Notes under the pieces: model-generated | Database searches by the model: none | Told to the model about the DNA's origin: nothing | The model's input: only the letters and a program-made list of their open reading frames with translations | Shown here: positions 1 to 12,381 of the stretch, one piece after another | Layout: the number at the start of each line of letters is the position of its first letter | Numbering within the stretch: the first letter of the stretch is position 1 | Position numbers and translations under genes: made by a program | DNA from: Octopus sinensis | Taxonomy: Eukaryota | Length of the DNA: 64,000 nucleotides | NCBI RefSeq assembly: GCF_006345805.1 | Contig: NC_043017.1 | Location: forward strand, 11,842,001 to 11,906,000 | Direction of reading: 5' to 3'

Positions 1-83
1 CTGAGCGCAAGTGTACTCTGCTATCACTTTGGGTTGACCAATACCTTGTCTGTGGAATTTGGTTGTGTGCAGTAGTTCACTGT

Positions 84-125
<42 letters not shown>

Positions 126-659
126 CTTTTGTTTCAGTCATTGGACTGTGGCCATGCTGGGGCACTACCTTGAAGGGTTTAGTCAAATAAATCAACCCCA
201 GCACTTATTCCTAAAGCCTGGTATTTATCCTACCAGCTTCTCTCAGTGAACTTTTAAGTTATAGGGGATGTAAACAAACAAACACTGGTTGTCAAATGGA
301 TGGGACAAACACAAACACAGATACATACATATTTACATATATGACAAGCTTCCATGCAGTTTCCATCAACCAAATCCTTTTACAAGGTGTAGGTTGGCAT
401 GAGGCTATGGTAGAAGACACTCGCCTACTGTGGGACTCAACCCAAAAGCCATTTGATTGCAGAATGAACTTCTTAACCACACACACACACACACATGTTG
501 TTCATTAGTGTGTTGGATGGAATGAATTGTATTCTAGTTCTTTGAGCTCAGAGTTTAAAATCCACAAAGGCCAGCTTTGCCTTTCATTCCTTCAAGATTT
601 ATATATACATATATAATTATCATCATCATCATCGTTTACATCCGTTTTCCGTGCTAGCA

Positions 660-710
<51 letters not shown>

Positions 711-734
711 CAGTCATATGCTGGAGTCAATTTA

Positions 735-1200
735 CCTTCCCTCTTTCTCTTGCAAATGGCAATGGGCAGTGAACCCAATTTGCTGAGACTAGAAAGAAAG
801 ATAATTGAGAATGATAAACCTTTGAGCACAACTTTGGTCAGGATTTTAAAGCAGTTGACAATAATGCTGAACCCCGATTGATTCGTTTTCCTCATTCCTG
901 TAGATATTGGTGATGTTAGCATTCTTCTATTGTGAATGCTTCTGTGATGTACCAACAAAGCACACTTGTGTGAAAGTAACATCCTTCTTTTAAGAACTCT
1001 GAGGAAATATTTTCTGGTCTTGGGAAATTTTTGCTTTTTAATGGTTTGATGTTAGCCCTAATTTTGGCAAAGTTTGGATGATGGGCATTTTCACAGAATT
1101 CTTTCTTGACTGCTTGATGCTCTATTGTTGACTGTTCTTTCAATAGAAATGTGCTCTCTAATGACTTGACTGGCATCATGGAATCATTCTTGGAGTGGAT
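735..1200 (-). mobile_element. Degenerate non-LTR (RTE-like) reverse transcriptase N-terminal fragment
   Basis: Minus-strand pieces IRANIKPLKSKNFPRPENISSEFLKEG and RGSALLSTALKILTKVVL resemble the LK..K.PGPD.I..E.LK and RGISLLS...KIL.K motifs. Stops and frameshifts are present. Confidence 0.7.
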
Positions 1201-1269
1201 AGGTATACAATACCTTTATACCACATAAATTGTGTATGGTTTGCCTGTCTACAAACATTTAGATTTCTT

Positions 1270-1520
1270 GAGTTATTATAATTCACCATTCATCTTTCAG
1301 GATATGAAGCGTGAATTATGCTGATGACAACATTTTTCATGGTTTTCTTTATTTTTATCCAACTTTCTTCTGTTTTTCCTGGACTTTCTTTGACTATCTG
1401 AAGAAGGACAATTTCCAAAACGTTATAACTTTTACTCTGTTCTTTCTGTTCTTTCTTTGAGTGTCAACTTAATAATATTAACTGTGAACATCTCTGGTAC
1501 ATTTTTGTTGCTTTTTTGCC
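1270..1520 (+). mobile_element. Penelope-like element 3' end relic with hammerhead-like motif
   Basis: accattcatctttcagga (TIHLSG) resembles the PLE C-terminal T.HP.G.N motif. It is followed by CTGAAGA-A-GGA-CAATT-TCC-AAAAC-GTT at 1398-1424 and a pyrimidine-rich tail. Confidence 0.5.
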
Positions 1521-1591
1521 TTTCTGCTATTTATATTTGCAAAATATATATATATGTTCGCCCTCCATGAAGGCATGGGTTGGAACTATAT

Positions 1592-1774
1592 ATGATGATA
1601 GATCGTTAGCCACTACACACATTTTTTTCTCTCCTTGTTTTTTCTGTGTCCCTTTCTGTAGAAGAGTGTAGGCTCGAAACTTAAAAGACATTTTCTATTC
1701 CTGAGCATTATACTAATACATCTGTTTGTTTTGTACACCACCTGTCTTCGTCTTTTGTTTTTTTGGTAAACTCT

Positions 1775-1778
<4 letters not shown>
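1592..1778 (+). mobile_element. ~190-bp PLE/retrozyme-like repeat between (TA)n tracts
   Basis: Reverse-complement homologue at 10163-10354 and a divergent one near 31240-31430. Contains a hammerhead-like fold at 1652-1687. Confidence 0.65.
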
Positions 1779-1805
<27 letters not shown>

Positions 1806-1971
1806 CTTTATTTAAAGCAGCAGAAATATAACAAAAGCTGTTACTCGGAGTTACACGTTCCCATTCGTTGGACAGTTTTTTTTTTGTTTTTTTTTAATAA
1901 AACTGTCCGACGAACGGGAACGTAAAACTCCGAGTACTCGCTTTGTTATATTTCTACTGCTTTAAATAAAG
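1806..1971. repeat. Inverted repeat with ~73-bp arms, each carrying a hammerhead-like motif
   Basis: 1806-1879 is the imperfect reverse complement of 1899-1971, separated by a T-rich spacer. Confidence 0.9.
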
Positions 1972-2333
1972 CATATTACTCTACCTCTGGTATTTGAGTA
2001 CTCTTTTTTCCCACCTTGTTTCACATTTATGTGCTTACTCCTATATATATATGATGGAACATCACATACTGTGGTGAGAGTGGACAGACTTGTACTTAAA
2101 GTGTGGTTAAAACAAGACCACTGTTCGAAATTGAACCACATGTTGAAGTATAAAGGAATACCACTTAATTTATGTATTTGTTATTTATATACATCTTTCC
2201 TTTCTTTCTCACTTTTCTAGTTATTCCGTAGATGCTCATACACATCACAGATATATCTCTTCTTTAAATTTCCATTAGCTATTGCTCTCTCTTTCTCTCT
2301 CTCTCTCTCTCAATGACTACACCTGTATCCCCT

Positions 2334-2374
<41 letters not shown>

Positions 2375-2422
2375 CAGAAATACATTAATGTTCACTTTTC
2401 ACCATTTTATATCTCTTCCTTT

Positions 2423-2460
<38 letters not shown>

Positions 2461-2914
2461 CACATGTCTCTTTCCTTCTTTTTCTAAACCTCCCACACAC
2501 AGCACTTCTCACTCTCCCTTGCTCTCCTTCTCCCCACCCCGCCGCCTGATCTTCATAAAGCTAATCTTATAGAAATACCGTGACTTTTAGAGCCAGGAGG
2601 AATTAAACAACACTATAAAGACATTTCTGTTTGCCCGCTTCTTTACTTTCTTCTATTCATTTTCTCTCCACTTTGCTTCACTCAGTTTTGCTCTGCTCTT
2701 TTCACCATTCTTTATAGATTGTTGCATCTCTCTCCCTGTCTATCTCTCTCTCTCTCTCTCTCACTCACTCTCTCTCTGTCTCTGTCTCTCTCTCTCTCTC
2801 TCTGTATGTGTGTTTCTCCCACTCATTCACTCTTATTCTTCTGACTTTAACAGAACATGCAGACACACACATACAGAGAAATGGCTGGCAAATTTAGAAA
2901 TCTTCATCTTTCCA

Positions 2915-2918
2915 TCTC

Positions 2919-2964
<46 letters not shown>

Positions 2965-2986
2965 ACCTCACTCACTCTCTCTCCTC

Positions 2987-3042
<56 letters not shown>

Positions 3043-3315
3043 GCTCTCTCACCATCTCTCGCTCATCCCTCTCTCACTCTCTCTCACTCTCTCTCTCTCC
3101 CTCTCTCACTCTCTCTCTCTCTCATCTCTCTCTCTCACTCACTCACTCTCTCTCTCTCTCCTCTCTCTCCCTCCTTCATCGCTCTCTCTCTCTCACTCTC
3201 TCTCTCTCTCTCCTCTCACTCTCTCTCTCCCACTCTCTCTCACTCACTCACTCTCTCTCTCCCCCCTCTCTTTCTCTCTCTCTCTCTCTCTCCATCTCTC
3301 TCTCTCTCTCTGTTC
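2915..3315. repeat. Long imperfect (CT)n polypyrimidine tract
   Basis: About 400 bp almost entirely C/T on the + strand. Confidence 0.95.
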
Positions 3316-4511
3316 TCTCAAAAGAATGGGATGCAGGTACTTTCATCGGAGCGAATAGCCCAGGCTGCTGACAGACAACGGAAATTAAATCACTCCATGA
3401 GCTAAGCCTTGCTAAATTCTCAATTATTGCAACCTACTCCAACCTCACAGCAGTGTCCACGTGAACGCACATCCACCCAGCTGCATGAATGCAAAGTTCA
3501 CAAGGCTCACTTGGGCAAGTCTTCTCAGAGATCCGTATAAAAAGCTGGCTTTCAAGCCAAGTGCTGGCGAAAGCAGTAGGGGTGTTTTGGGAATTCCTGT
3601 CGGCAATTTCAACCCCCCCTCGAGATAGTTTGTATTTCATCATGGTTGGATAGAAAGAACTAATGAAGCTTTAATGTATTACTTATTATTATGTATGACA
3701 TTGCTGCTGCTGCTGCTGCTTGCTGCTGCTGCTGCTGCTTCTTCTTCTTCACTGAGCTATTCTAGTATAAAGAAGGTAGGAAGGGGAGGAGGAGGAGGAG
3801 GAGGAAGAGTGAAGTTCTGCAGCTTAGAGATTTTGTTTTGGTTGATGTTGTAGGTGATGATGGTGGCACAAAGTTGATGGTTGTTGTAGTGGTTGTTGTA
3901 GTGGTGGTGGTGGTTGGTGGTGGTGGTGGTGGTGGTGGTGAGGGTGAAGGTGTAAGTGAGGATGGATGAAAACATTTCACTGAAAACAGTGGCTTTGAAC
4001 TGAAATTTTTCTTTTGTTCCCCTTCAACAATCCTGAAAAATATACACTTCAAAGCAAAGAGTTGAAATGAAATGATAAAAAAAATATATATATATATATA
4101 AATATATATATATACAAATAATAAATAAATAAAAGTAAATAAATAAAACAAAGAAAAATGTACAATAATATCCCCCCCTTCCCATTACCCCCTACCTCTC
4201 ACCACCACCACCAAACACACCAACTATCCCCTGGTGTGCAAGCACTCCAAACTTATATCTCTGATAAGGTAATATAATAGTTCTAATGGTGGTGGTGGTG
4301 GTGGTGGTGGTGGCTGTGGCAGTGTTGGTAGTAGTGGTAACAGTAGCAGTGTCTATAGTCATTTTGATATTAGTGATAGTAAGAACGGTGACAATGGTAG
4401 TGGTGGTGGTGGTGGTGGTATTAGCAGGTGAAGCAACGATAATGTTTGTGGTGGTTGTAAATGGTTTGCAGTAAGGAAAGAGAGAAGGAAGGATGAGGAA
4501 AGGAAATAAAA

Positions 4512-4599
4512 AAAATACCATCAATAAATAGCAGAAACATTTATATTATATATATATATATATATAATATATATAAATGTTTCTGCTATTTATTGATGG

Positions 4600-4630
<31 letters not shown>

Positions 4631-4660
4631 AATGTTTCTGCTATTTATTGATGGTATTTT
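4512..4660. repeat. 34-bp unit present three times (one inverted, two tandem) separated by (TA)n
   Basis: aaaataccatcaataaatagcagaaacatttata at 4512-4545; its reverse complement at 4572-4605 and 4627-4660. Confidence 0.9.
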
Positions 4661-5748
4661 ATATATATATATATATATATATATTATATTTTTTTTTTTT
4701 CCAAGAAGAAACAGGAGTTGGTTGGTCAGGATCATATGAAAGAGGTGACCTTAAGTTCTTTTACCATTATATGGACACAGTTGAGAATGAGTACAATTCT
4801 ATATTTCGGAGATGTGTTAATCCTACAGGGATAAGAATTGATTCGACTATCATCACGAGCATCATCACCGTTCGTGGGTTCTTTTAAATTTTTTTATCTC
4901 TACATCATCTCAGCCACTCAATAATTATTAACCCAAGGGACAAAAACTACAGGTTCTTGATACGAAACCTTGGAATAGAGAGAAAGACAAAAAAAAAAAA
5001 AAAAAAAACAGAGTGAAAGGATCTTGTCATAATCTTGAAAAAAAAAGAGTAAATTTTCTGAAGAAAAACATAAAACACAAGATACATTAACAGCATTTCT
5101 GTGTATTTCTAAGACATTTAAAATTCCTTGCAGAATCCTTTCCAGTGGAATGAGATATCCATATTGTGACTGTTGTGATTGGAAGTGTTTAGCAGGAAGG
5201 ACTGTTGCACACCTCTCGTTAATTTACAGCCTGCATAAATACCAAAATCTGGGTGCACTGGCAGAACTTAATTACAAGACAATAGAAAATCTCCAGCTTT
5301 CAGGCTTATTAGACATCTAATTAATTACAGTGTTTATGTTCCTACGGTGATGCATGGTGGACTGAGTGAATGGGGGAGGAGAGCCCTGGGCTTGACCAAA
5401 TGCCAGCAAAATCCAACCGGCTATGGCTGTGTGGTTAAGAAGCTCACATCGCAACCATGCTGTTTTGGGTTCTGTCCCGCTGTGTGGCACCTTGGGCATG
5501 TTCCTTCTACCATAGCCTCAGGCTGCCCGATGTCTTGTGAGTAGATTTGGCAGCAGGTGGAAACTGTGTACAAGCCTGTCGTACAAATATATCATCATCA
5601 TCATTTAATGTCTGTTGTCCATGCCGGCTTAAAAGGCTGGTAAGCTGAAGGGCTGCACCAGACTGTAGCCTGATGTGGCATGATTTCTACAACTGGATGC
5701 CCTTCCTAACACCAACTATATACATATACATACATACATATATATATA

Positions 5749-5802
<54 letters not shown>

Positions 5803-5805
5803 TAT

Positions 5806-5844
<39 letters not shown>

Positions 5845-5884
5845 CATACATATACATACATATACATATATATATATAATATGT

Positions 5885-5921
<37 letters not shown>

Positions 5922-5926
<5 letters not shown>

Positions 5927-6174
5927 AAAAAGGAAATGAAGAAAATGCTGACAAATAATTGAAGTAATTTAAGTAATTTAATAGGTGAAAGTTCTTTTTA
6001 CCGGTTGCGCATTTGTTATGCTTATCAAAATATGATATTTTGTTATGCTTATCAAAATATGATATTTTGATAAGCATAACAAATGCGCAACCGGTAAAAA
6101 GAACTTTCACTAATTAAATTACTTAAATTACTTCAATTATTTGTCAGCATTTCTTCATTTCCTTTTTTATATAT
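5922..6174. repeat. Long fold-back inverted repeat (~110-bp arms) with hammerhead-like motifs at the inner ends
   Basis: 5922-6033 pairs with 6062-6174 with about 3 differences. The 27-bp spacer is a partial tandem copy of the left arm end. Confidence 0.92.
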
Positions 6175-6239
6175 CACCACTCGTGTTCGACATCTCCTTT
6201 TTTTAAATATATATATATATATATAATATATATATATAT

Positions 6240-6400
6240 GGACCTCTGGGTCTCTAGTTAGTAAAGGAAGAGTTTGCACAATAGTTTCTGGGGTTGTGTG
6301 TTGATATAAAAAGTAATGTTTTGGTTTGAGGTGTGGTGCTATGTTTTTTGTTCTTAATGTTTTTGTGTCTAATTGTTTGGCACGTTTAACTTGGCACGTA
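6240..6400 (-). mobile_element. Penelope-like element coding relic
   Basis: VKRAKQLDTKTLRTK...HTTPETIVQTLPLLTRDP resembles the PLE region C-terminal to the RT core (RA...DR..L.....P.V.T..P......L..DP). It lies next to the fold-back repeat. Confidence 0.45.
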
Positions 6401-6880
6401 TACATATATATACATATATATGTAATACACTTTTGGAACGGTGGATTTTGAATCAAATGACAAAGCAGTAAATCATGGCTGTAAATATTGGTTTGGAAAA
6501 CAATGTGTGTGTGTCTGTGCATGTGTGTGTGTGTGTGTGTCTGTGTTACCCCCCCCAACCCACTGCTTGACAACCAGTGCTGGTTTGTTTATGTCCCTGT
6601 AAGTTAGTGGTTTGGCAAAAGAAGCCGATAGGATAAGTACCAGAGTTAAAAAAACACATTAGGATTAATTTGTTTAACTAGAAAAGACCCTTGAAGGTGG
6701 TGCCCCAGCATGGCCGCAGTTCAATGACTGAAACAAGTAAAAGGTAAAAAAAACTCTCAAACCACAATGATTAGCAAAAGATTAAATGAATTATGAAACC
6801 TTGGCTTTTCCGTTATTATTCATACAACATTTCAGTTGACATCTTTTCTAAGAACGATCTGGTGCTTTAGCTTTGTATGC

Positions 6881-7288
6881 TCTTTTACTCTTTTACTTGT
6901 TTCAGTCATTTGACTGTGGCCATGCTGGAGCACTACCTTTAGTCGAGCAAATCGACCCCGGGACTTATTCTTTATAAGCCCAGTACTTATTCTGTCGGTC
7001 TCTTTTTGCCGAACCGCTAAGTGACGGGGACGTAAACACACCAGCATCGGTTGTCAAGCAATGCTTGGGGAACAAACACAGACACACAAACACACACACA
7101 TACATATATACATATACATATATACGACAGGCTTCTTTCAGTTTCCGTCTACCAAATCCACTCACAAGGCTTTGGTCGGCCCGAGGCTATAGTAGAAGAT
7201 ATTTGCCCAAGGTGCCACGCAGTGGGACTGAACCCGGAACCATGTGGTTGGTTAGCAAGCTACTTACCACACAGCCACTCCTGCACCT
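6881..7288 (-). mobile_element. tRNA-derived SINE family A, full length
   Basis: Head GGTGCAGGAGTGGCTGTGTGGTAAG...GGGTTCAGTCCC (A/B boxes), internal (TA)/(TG) microsatellite, tail GACTGAAACAAGTAAAAGAGTAAAAG. Many copies in the window. Confidence 0.9.
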
Positions 7289-8136
7289 ATGTTTACATTT
7301 TACTGTATGTTTACATTTTGCTAAGATTAGGAATAAGGCTGTGAATAGTTATTGCAAATTGCTGAATTTTAAAACCATTCTTCATTCTGCAGATATCCAT
7401 TTGAGTTACAATAACAGTTTTCCTTAGATTAATCCCTGCACTGAATAATTTGTACAATTATGAACATCACATGAAGACAGAGCTTATTATGTAGTATAAA
7501 ATTTAAAGACATAAAAATCTTGCAATTGTTGGATTAATCTTCATTGTTGTTCGTTAAGATAGGCAAAATAGAAGGAATGATCCCAGTAAGCCCTTCCGCC
7601 TCATGCGCTGTGATCCACTTTTAATGTTCGGTTGGAACCAAATCACATCAATAACAACCCTAATGCTCTTGAGGAAAACATTGATGCCATACAACCTGAT
7701 TATGTTCTTCTTTGAGTTTGTGGTCAGATGCTGATGGGAAGCATTAATAATTCATTTAACTCATATAAGCATGATTAAGAGTTAGCGTATTGGTTTTAGG
7801 TACACACAGGTATTTGCAGATGCTCACAGGTATTCATCAATAGGGAATTAGGTTCTGTAGAGGCATCATATTATCACTACTTGTTTAATCTTCAAGGTAG
7901 CAAACTAGTGGAATGGACAAACGGTAACAGCATTTCTTCCAGCTCTTTACATTCTGAGTTCAAATATGACCAAGGTCAGCCTTGTCTTTCATCCTTTCGA
8001 GGTCAATGAAATAAAGTACCAATGAAGTTCTATGCTGGGCCAAAACTTTGCTTTTCAGTTGGTGTCTTTCTTAATATTACCTTTGGTATTCTATCTCACC
8101 TCATTCTGGGTGCATGGCCTAGCCATCTGAGCTACC

Positions 8137-8367
8137 AGTGCCGAGCTGGCAGAATCGTTAGCATGCTAGTCGGAATGCCTAGCGGTATTTTGTCTGCCGT
8201 TACGTTCTGAGTTCAAATTCCGCCAAGGTTGACTTTGCCTTTCATCCCTTGGGGTCGATTAAATAAGTACCAGTTATGCACTGGGGGTTAATGTAATCGA
8301 CTTAATACCTATGTCGGTCCTTGTTTGTCCCCTCTGTGTTTAGCCCCTTGTGGGTAATAAAGAAATA
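8137..8367 (+). mobile_element. tRNA-derived SINE family B
   Basis: GAGCTGGCAGAATCGTTAGC...GAGTTCAAATTCCGCC...GCCCCTTGTGGGTAATAAAGAAATA. Homologous to 15577-15806, 24170-24400, 36158-36389 and 60521-60744. Confidence 0.88.
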
Positions 8368-9370
8368 AGTATTTTATATCAAGGACTATTCAATTACAAA
8401 CAATTTTGCAGTACATTTCCTCATTTGACACTGTATTGCAGCGGTGAAGATGTAAAGACACAGCAGGTCTCCCTCAAGCATCCAACGTGGAAAGCATTGA
8501 TCATATCTATGTCTCCTTTTACCCCCAGCATTTTGAACCATACATGATTTAACTGCAATAATTACTACAGTCACAAATTTCTTAACAAAAAAAAAAGGAA
8601 AAATGAATACCAAAAAAAGAAAAAAACTATAACTGTTACTTTTGTACGTAAGACTCTACAGAATAAATAGCGCTTTCACTAATTGTTTTAGATGTCCATG
8701 TCATTGTGTGGAGACATCAGCTTCCCTTGGCTCTCCCTCTCTTGGCCCAGAGGGATATCCAGGATGGGACAGTTGAAGGCAGAGTCGGATGTACTGGCAC
8801 TCAACAGGTGCACAGCTGAGTTGAGCAGACTAAAGCAAACATGGAATGAAGTGCCCTGCTCAAGGATATAATGTGCTTGCTTGGTGAAAAGCATAAACTA
8901 GTGAATATAAAATTACTGATTCTTCCTAAATCAAATAGGATTTTAGAAGCAGGTGCTTAGATGGTTGGGGCAGCATTATGCAGATGAGGGGTCGATTTTT
9001 CTATGAAAGATAAACAGTCACTGATAATATGGTATCACTTCCTAACAATTAGATAAACTGAAGCCATGAAAAATAAAATGTTCTGTTTAGAAACACAATT
9101 AAACACCTGCAATGGAGTTTGAAATCAACAAGGTGCAGGTAATCTGATATTTTATTCACTCAGCCATTTCCTTGTAATGATTCTTGATATGTGTTATGGA
9201 GCAGAAGTAATCTGTCCGTGAGTTACAACTATGAATCAGCTTTGATTTTTAGTTGTGGCTATATTGTTTCTCTCTGATACCCTAAATATCAACAAAAAAG
9301 CTATGAACATCACAACTAGTTTCTTGTCTTAAAAAAATAATACTACAATGTTTACTAACAACTTTTGATA

Positions 9371-9765
9371 TCTTTATATATAAAAGTGAAGTTGTGTGAG
9401 TGTCTGTCTCCTACGATTTAGATTCCTAACTACTCCCACATTTTGCGGTGCAGTTTAACCAAAACCGGGTATCTTATAGTCGCAATTCATATCGAGCCCT
9501 TCTGGGTATTAGCACACGTCTACGATGAGTCTACGATTTAAAAAAAAATTTACCATCATTTTTTTCCATTTTAATGCATTTTTTCGCTATTACATAAGGG
9601 AAGTGACTCTCTAAAAATGTCTACAATGAGTCAACGATTTATAAAAAAATTTACCATAATTTTTTTTCCATTTTTAATGCATTTTTTTTGCTATTTTTTT
9701 ACTATAACTCTCTAAAAATGCTTATTTCCATTACAAACCCGAGCAATGCCGGGCGATACTGCTAG
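9371..9765 (+). mobile_element. Non-autonomous Helitron
   Basis: 5' TC, subterminal hairpin CCCGAGCAATGCCGGG (9738-9753), 3' CTAG, inserted between A and T. Contains an internal tandem duplication. Confidence 0.85.
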
Positions 9766-10162
9766 TATATCATCATCATCATCATCATCATATATATATA
9801 TATAATCGTAACATCCATGGTTGTTCAACAAAATTAAGAATTTCATTTAAGAACAAGATGAATATTCTCAATCCTTTGTACCTAGCAAAACCTTATTTTG
9901 TCAACCTTAGAATGAGGAAAGGTAAAAGTTGACAGAGAAGACTAAACTCAGGATAGGAGCAAACAAATTTGACATGGTTTGGGGTTCAGTCCCACAGCAT
10001 GATGCCTTAGGCAAGTCTTTTCTACTGTAGCCCCAGGTAAACTACAGCTCTGTAGATTTGCTACATAGGAACTGATAGAAACCCATCATCATATGTATGT
10101 ATATGTGAGAGTGGTGTGTGTTTGTGCATAAATGTATATATATACATGTGTATGTATATATA

Positions 10163-10354
10163 ATGGGAAGGTTTACAAAAATAAACAAAAGACGAAGGCA
10201 GGTGGAGTACAAACAAACAAATGTATTAGTATGGCGATCAGGAATAGAAATAGAACAAGTCTTTTACGTTTCGAGCCTATGCTCTTTGACAGAAAGATAC
10301 ACAGAAAAAAACAAGGAGAGAAAAAAAATGCGTGTAGGAGCTAACAATCTATCA
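10163..10354 (-). mobile_element. PLE/retrozyme-like repeat, second copy
   Basis: Reverse-complement homologue of 1592-1778, with a hammerhead-like fold at 10261-10296. Confidence 0.65.
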
Positions 10355-10761
10355 TATATATATATATATATATGCATACACATGTATAAGTATCTATATG
10401 TGCGTGTGTGTGTATATATATATACATATGTATTTATATGTATCTACATATATGTGTGTGTGTGTATATCTTATATATCTTATGAGTATATATACATATG
10501 TATGTGTGTGAGTTTCAGTGTGTGTATCTTTTGTGTATGTTTCCTTATGTGGTAGTTGTTAATGGGTGCCACTCACAAATAAATAGTGTTATTCAGTTCC
10601 AGTATTCCACAAAAACATGTCTGGTCATAGAGAAATACTACCTTGTTTGGGAACAGATGAAGGTTGGTAACAGGAAGGGCATCCAGCCATAGAAGATCTA
10701 CTGCAATAAACTCTGCCCAACTCATGCAAACCAGGAAAAGTGGACATTATGATGATGATTT

Positions 10762-11124
10762 TATGCATTTGAGCTTTGGTGTTGGAGAAGACTTTTACGG
10801 ATTCCATGGACAGTGAGGCTCACCAATGGAGAAGTTCTTAAGCAGATCAGGCCGAAAATGTCGCTAGAAGCTAGGATCACCCAGCATAGATTGGCATATT
10901 TCGGTCATATTATGCAGAGAAAATCCCTAGAGAAGGACATCATGCTCGGAATGGTCAGTGGCAAAAGAGGAAGAGGCCGACCAAGAACCCGCTGGCTTGA
11001 CACCATCAAGAGTGATACCGGAATGGACATAGCCAATCTGAAAGAAGCGGCCCAGGATAGAACTGACTGGAGGACACTGATCCAACGAGTAACCGAGAGT
11101 CGACTTCGACTAGCGGATAGATAG
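10762..11124 (+). mobile_element. RTE (BovB-like) LINE 3' fragment with uninterrupted ORF end
   Basis: YAFELWCWRRLLRIPWTVRLTNGEVL...YFGHIMQRKSLEKDIMLGMVSGKRGRGRPRTRWLDTIK is typical of the RTE ORF C-terminus. Embedded in (GAT)n. Confidence 0.92.
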
Positions 11125-12381
11125 ATGATGATTATGATGATGATTATGAGGCAGATAAAAATGTTGTGTAAAAAATAGAAAAAGTAAAGGTGATGTTAAT
11201 TGCTTTAAAACTATTCAAACATTTTAAAAATTTAGTTTTTCTGTTAAAGGGATGTGCGAAATGTTAATCTGCAATTTTCATGTTTCAAAGAATTTCAATA
11301 TTGTAAACGAAATAGTTTTAAATAGGACTAGAATCCAGGTCATAAGACTCAATTCACCAAAGCCTTACTTCTGCTGCAACATCAATGCCTACCATTGAAA
11401 CTCACCAAAACAACAGACTACAATAGAATTTATTCCATTCCCTTTCACAGCCAAAAATTTCTCATCCACTTCCACCCTACACTTTCAAACCTTTGATTTA
11501 TTTTCTTTTATTTGGTCTCCCCTCCGTTTGCTTTATTTATTTAAGTTGTTCGTTCCAGCAATGGAAACATGTCAGCACTCTACGATAAATAAATCATTGC
11601 AACTGTTGCAGATCAGCTTTTACAATTAAATGTTCGACTTGAAGAATTTCTTCATGTTTAGATTATATTTTATGACTTGTGTATCTTTGTAACAGATTTG
11701 GTTTCATCGTTGTGCAACTGAGAATCGAAAATAAATTCTATGTTTAAAATTCAAGACTTGCTCGGCTCAATTAACTCACTGAGATATTCGGTTTTATTAC
11801 AGATACTGTAATTATAATTGTTATTATTATTATTATTATTATCTTCATCATCATCATCATCATCACCACTGTCACCATCACCACTATCACCACTCTTGTC
11901 ATCAATATTATTACAAGCATCACCACCACCACCACCACCACCACCACCATCGCTGATTAGGAATCTGTTAGTATTAACATCATAATCAAGATTAACGTTA
12001 TTATCATCGTTATTATTAATAACAAGCCCTTGTAATGGAATTATATTATTTTCATTTTTGTTTTTGCCGGGTTTTTTTTTTTTTCCTGTTTGAAATAAAA
12101 TCATTAGTTAAAAACAATAAAACATTGTGTTTTTGCAAATTATAAAAAAAAGAATTAGATTCATTTGAAGAAACAAATGGGAAATCGATCGTATTTTTAA
12201 ATAATTTTTTTTTTAATCAAATTTCTGAAGTCATAATAATCCAGAATCAAAAATACAATAAATTTGAAACTGTGACATTAGAATATTCAAAACTGTTTCA
12301 AGAAACGATTGCAAAAGTGAGTTGTCATCTAATAAGTATCAGGCAATGATGCAGTTGTGAGCTCAGGTTTGGGGTGGATCT

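Noticed and set aside
4706-4887. Strong poly-T acceptor followed by an open frame
   Set aside because: No donor and no protein similarity; the poly-T abuts a microsatellite.
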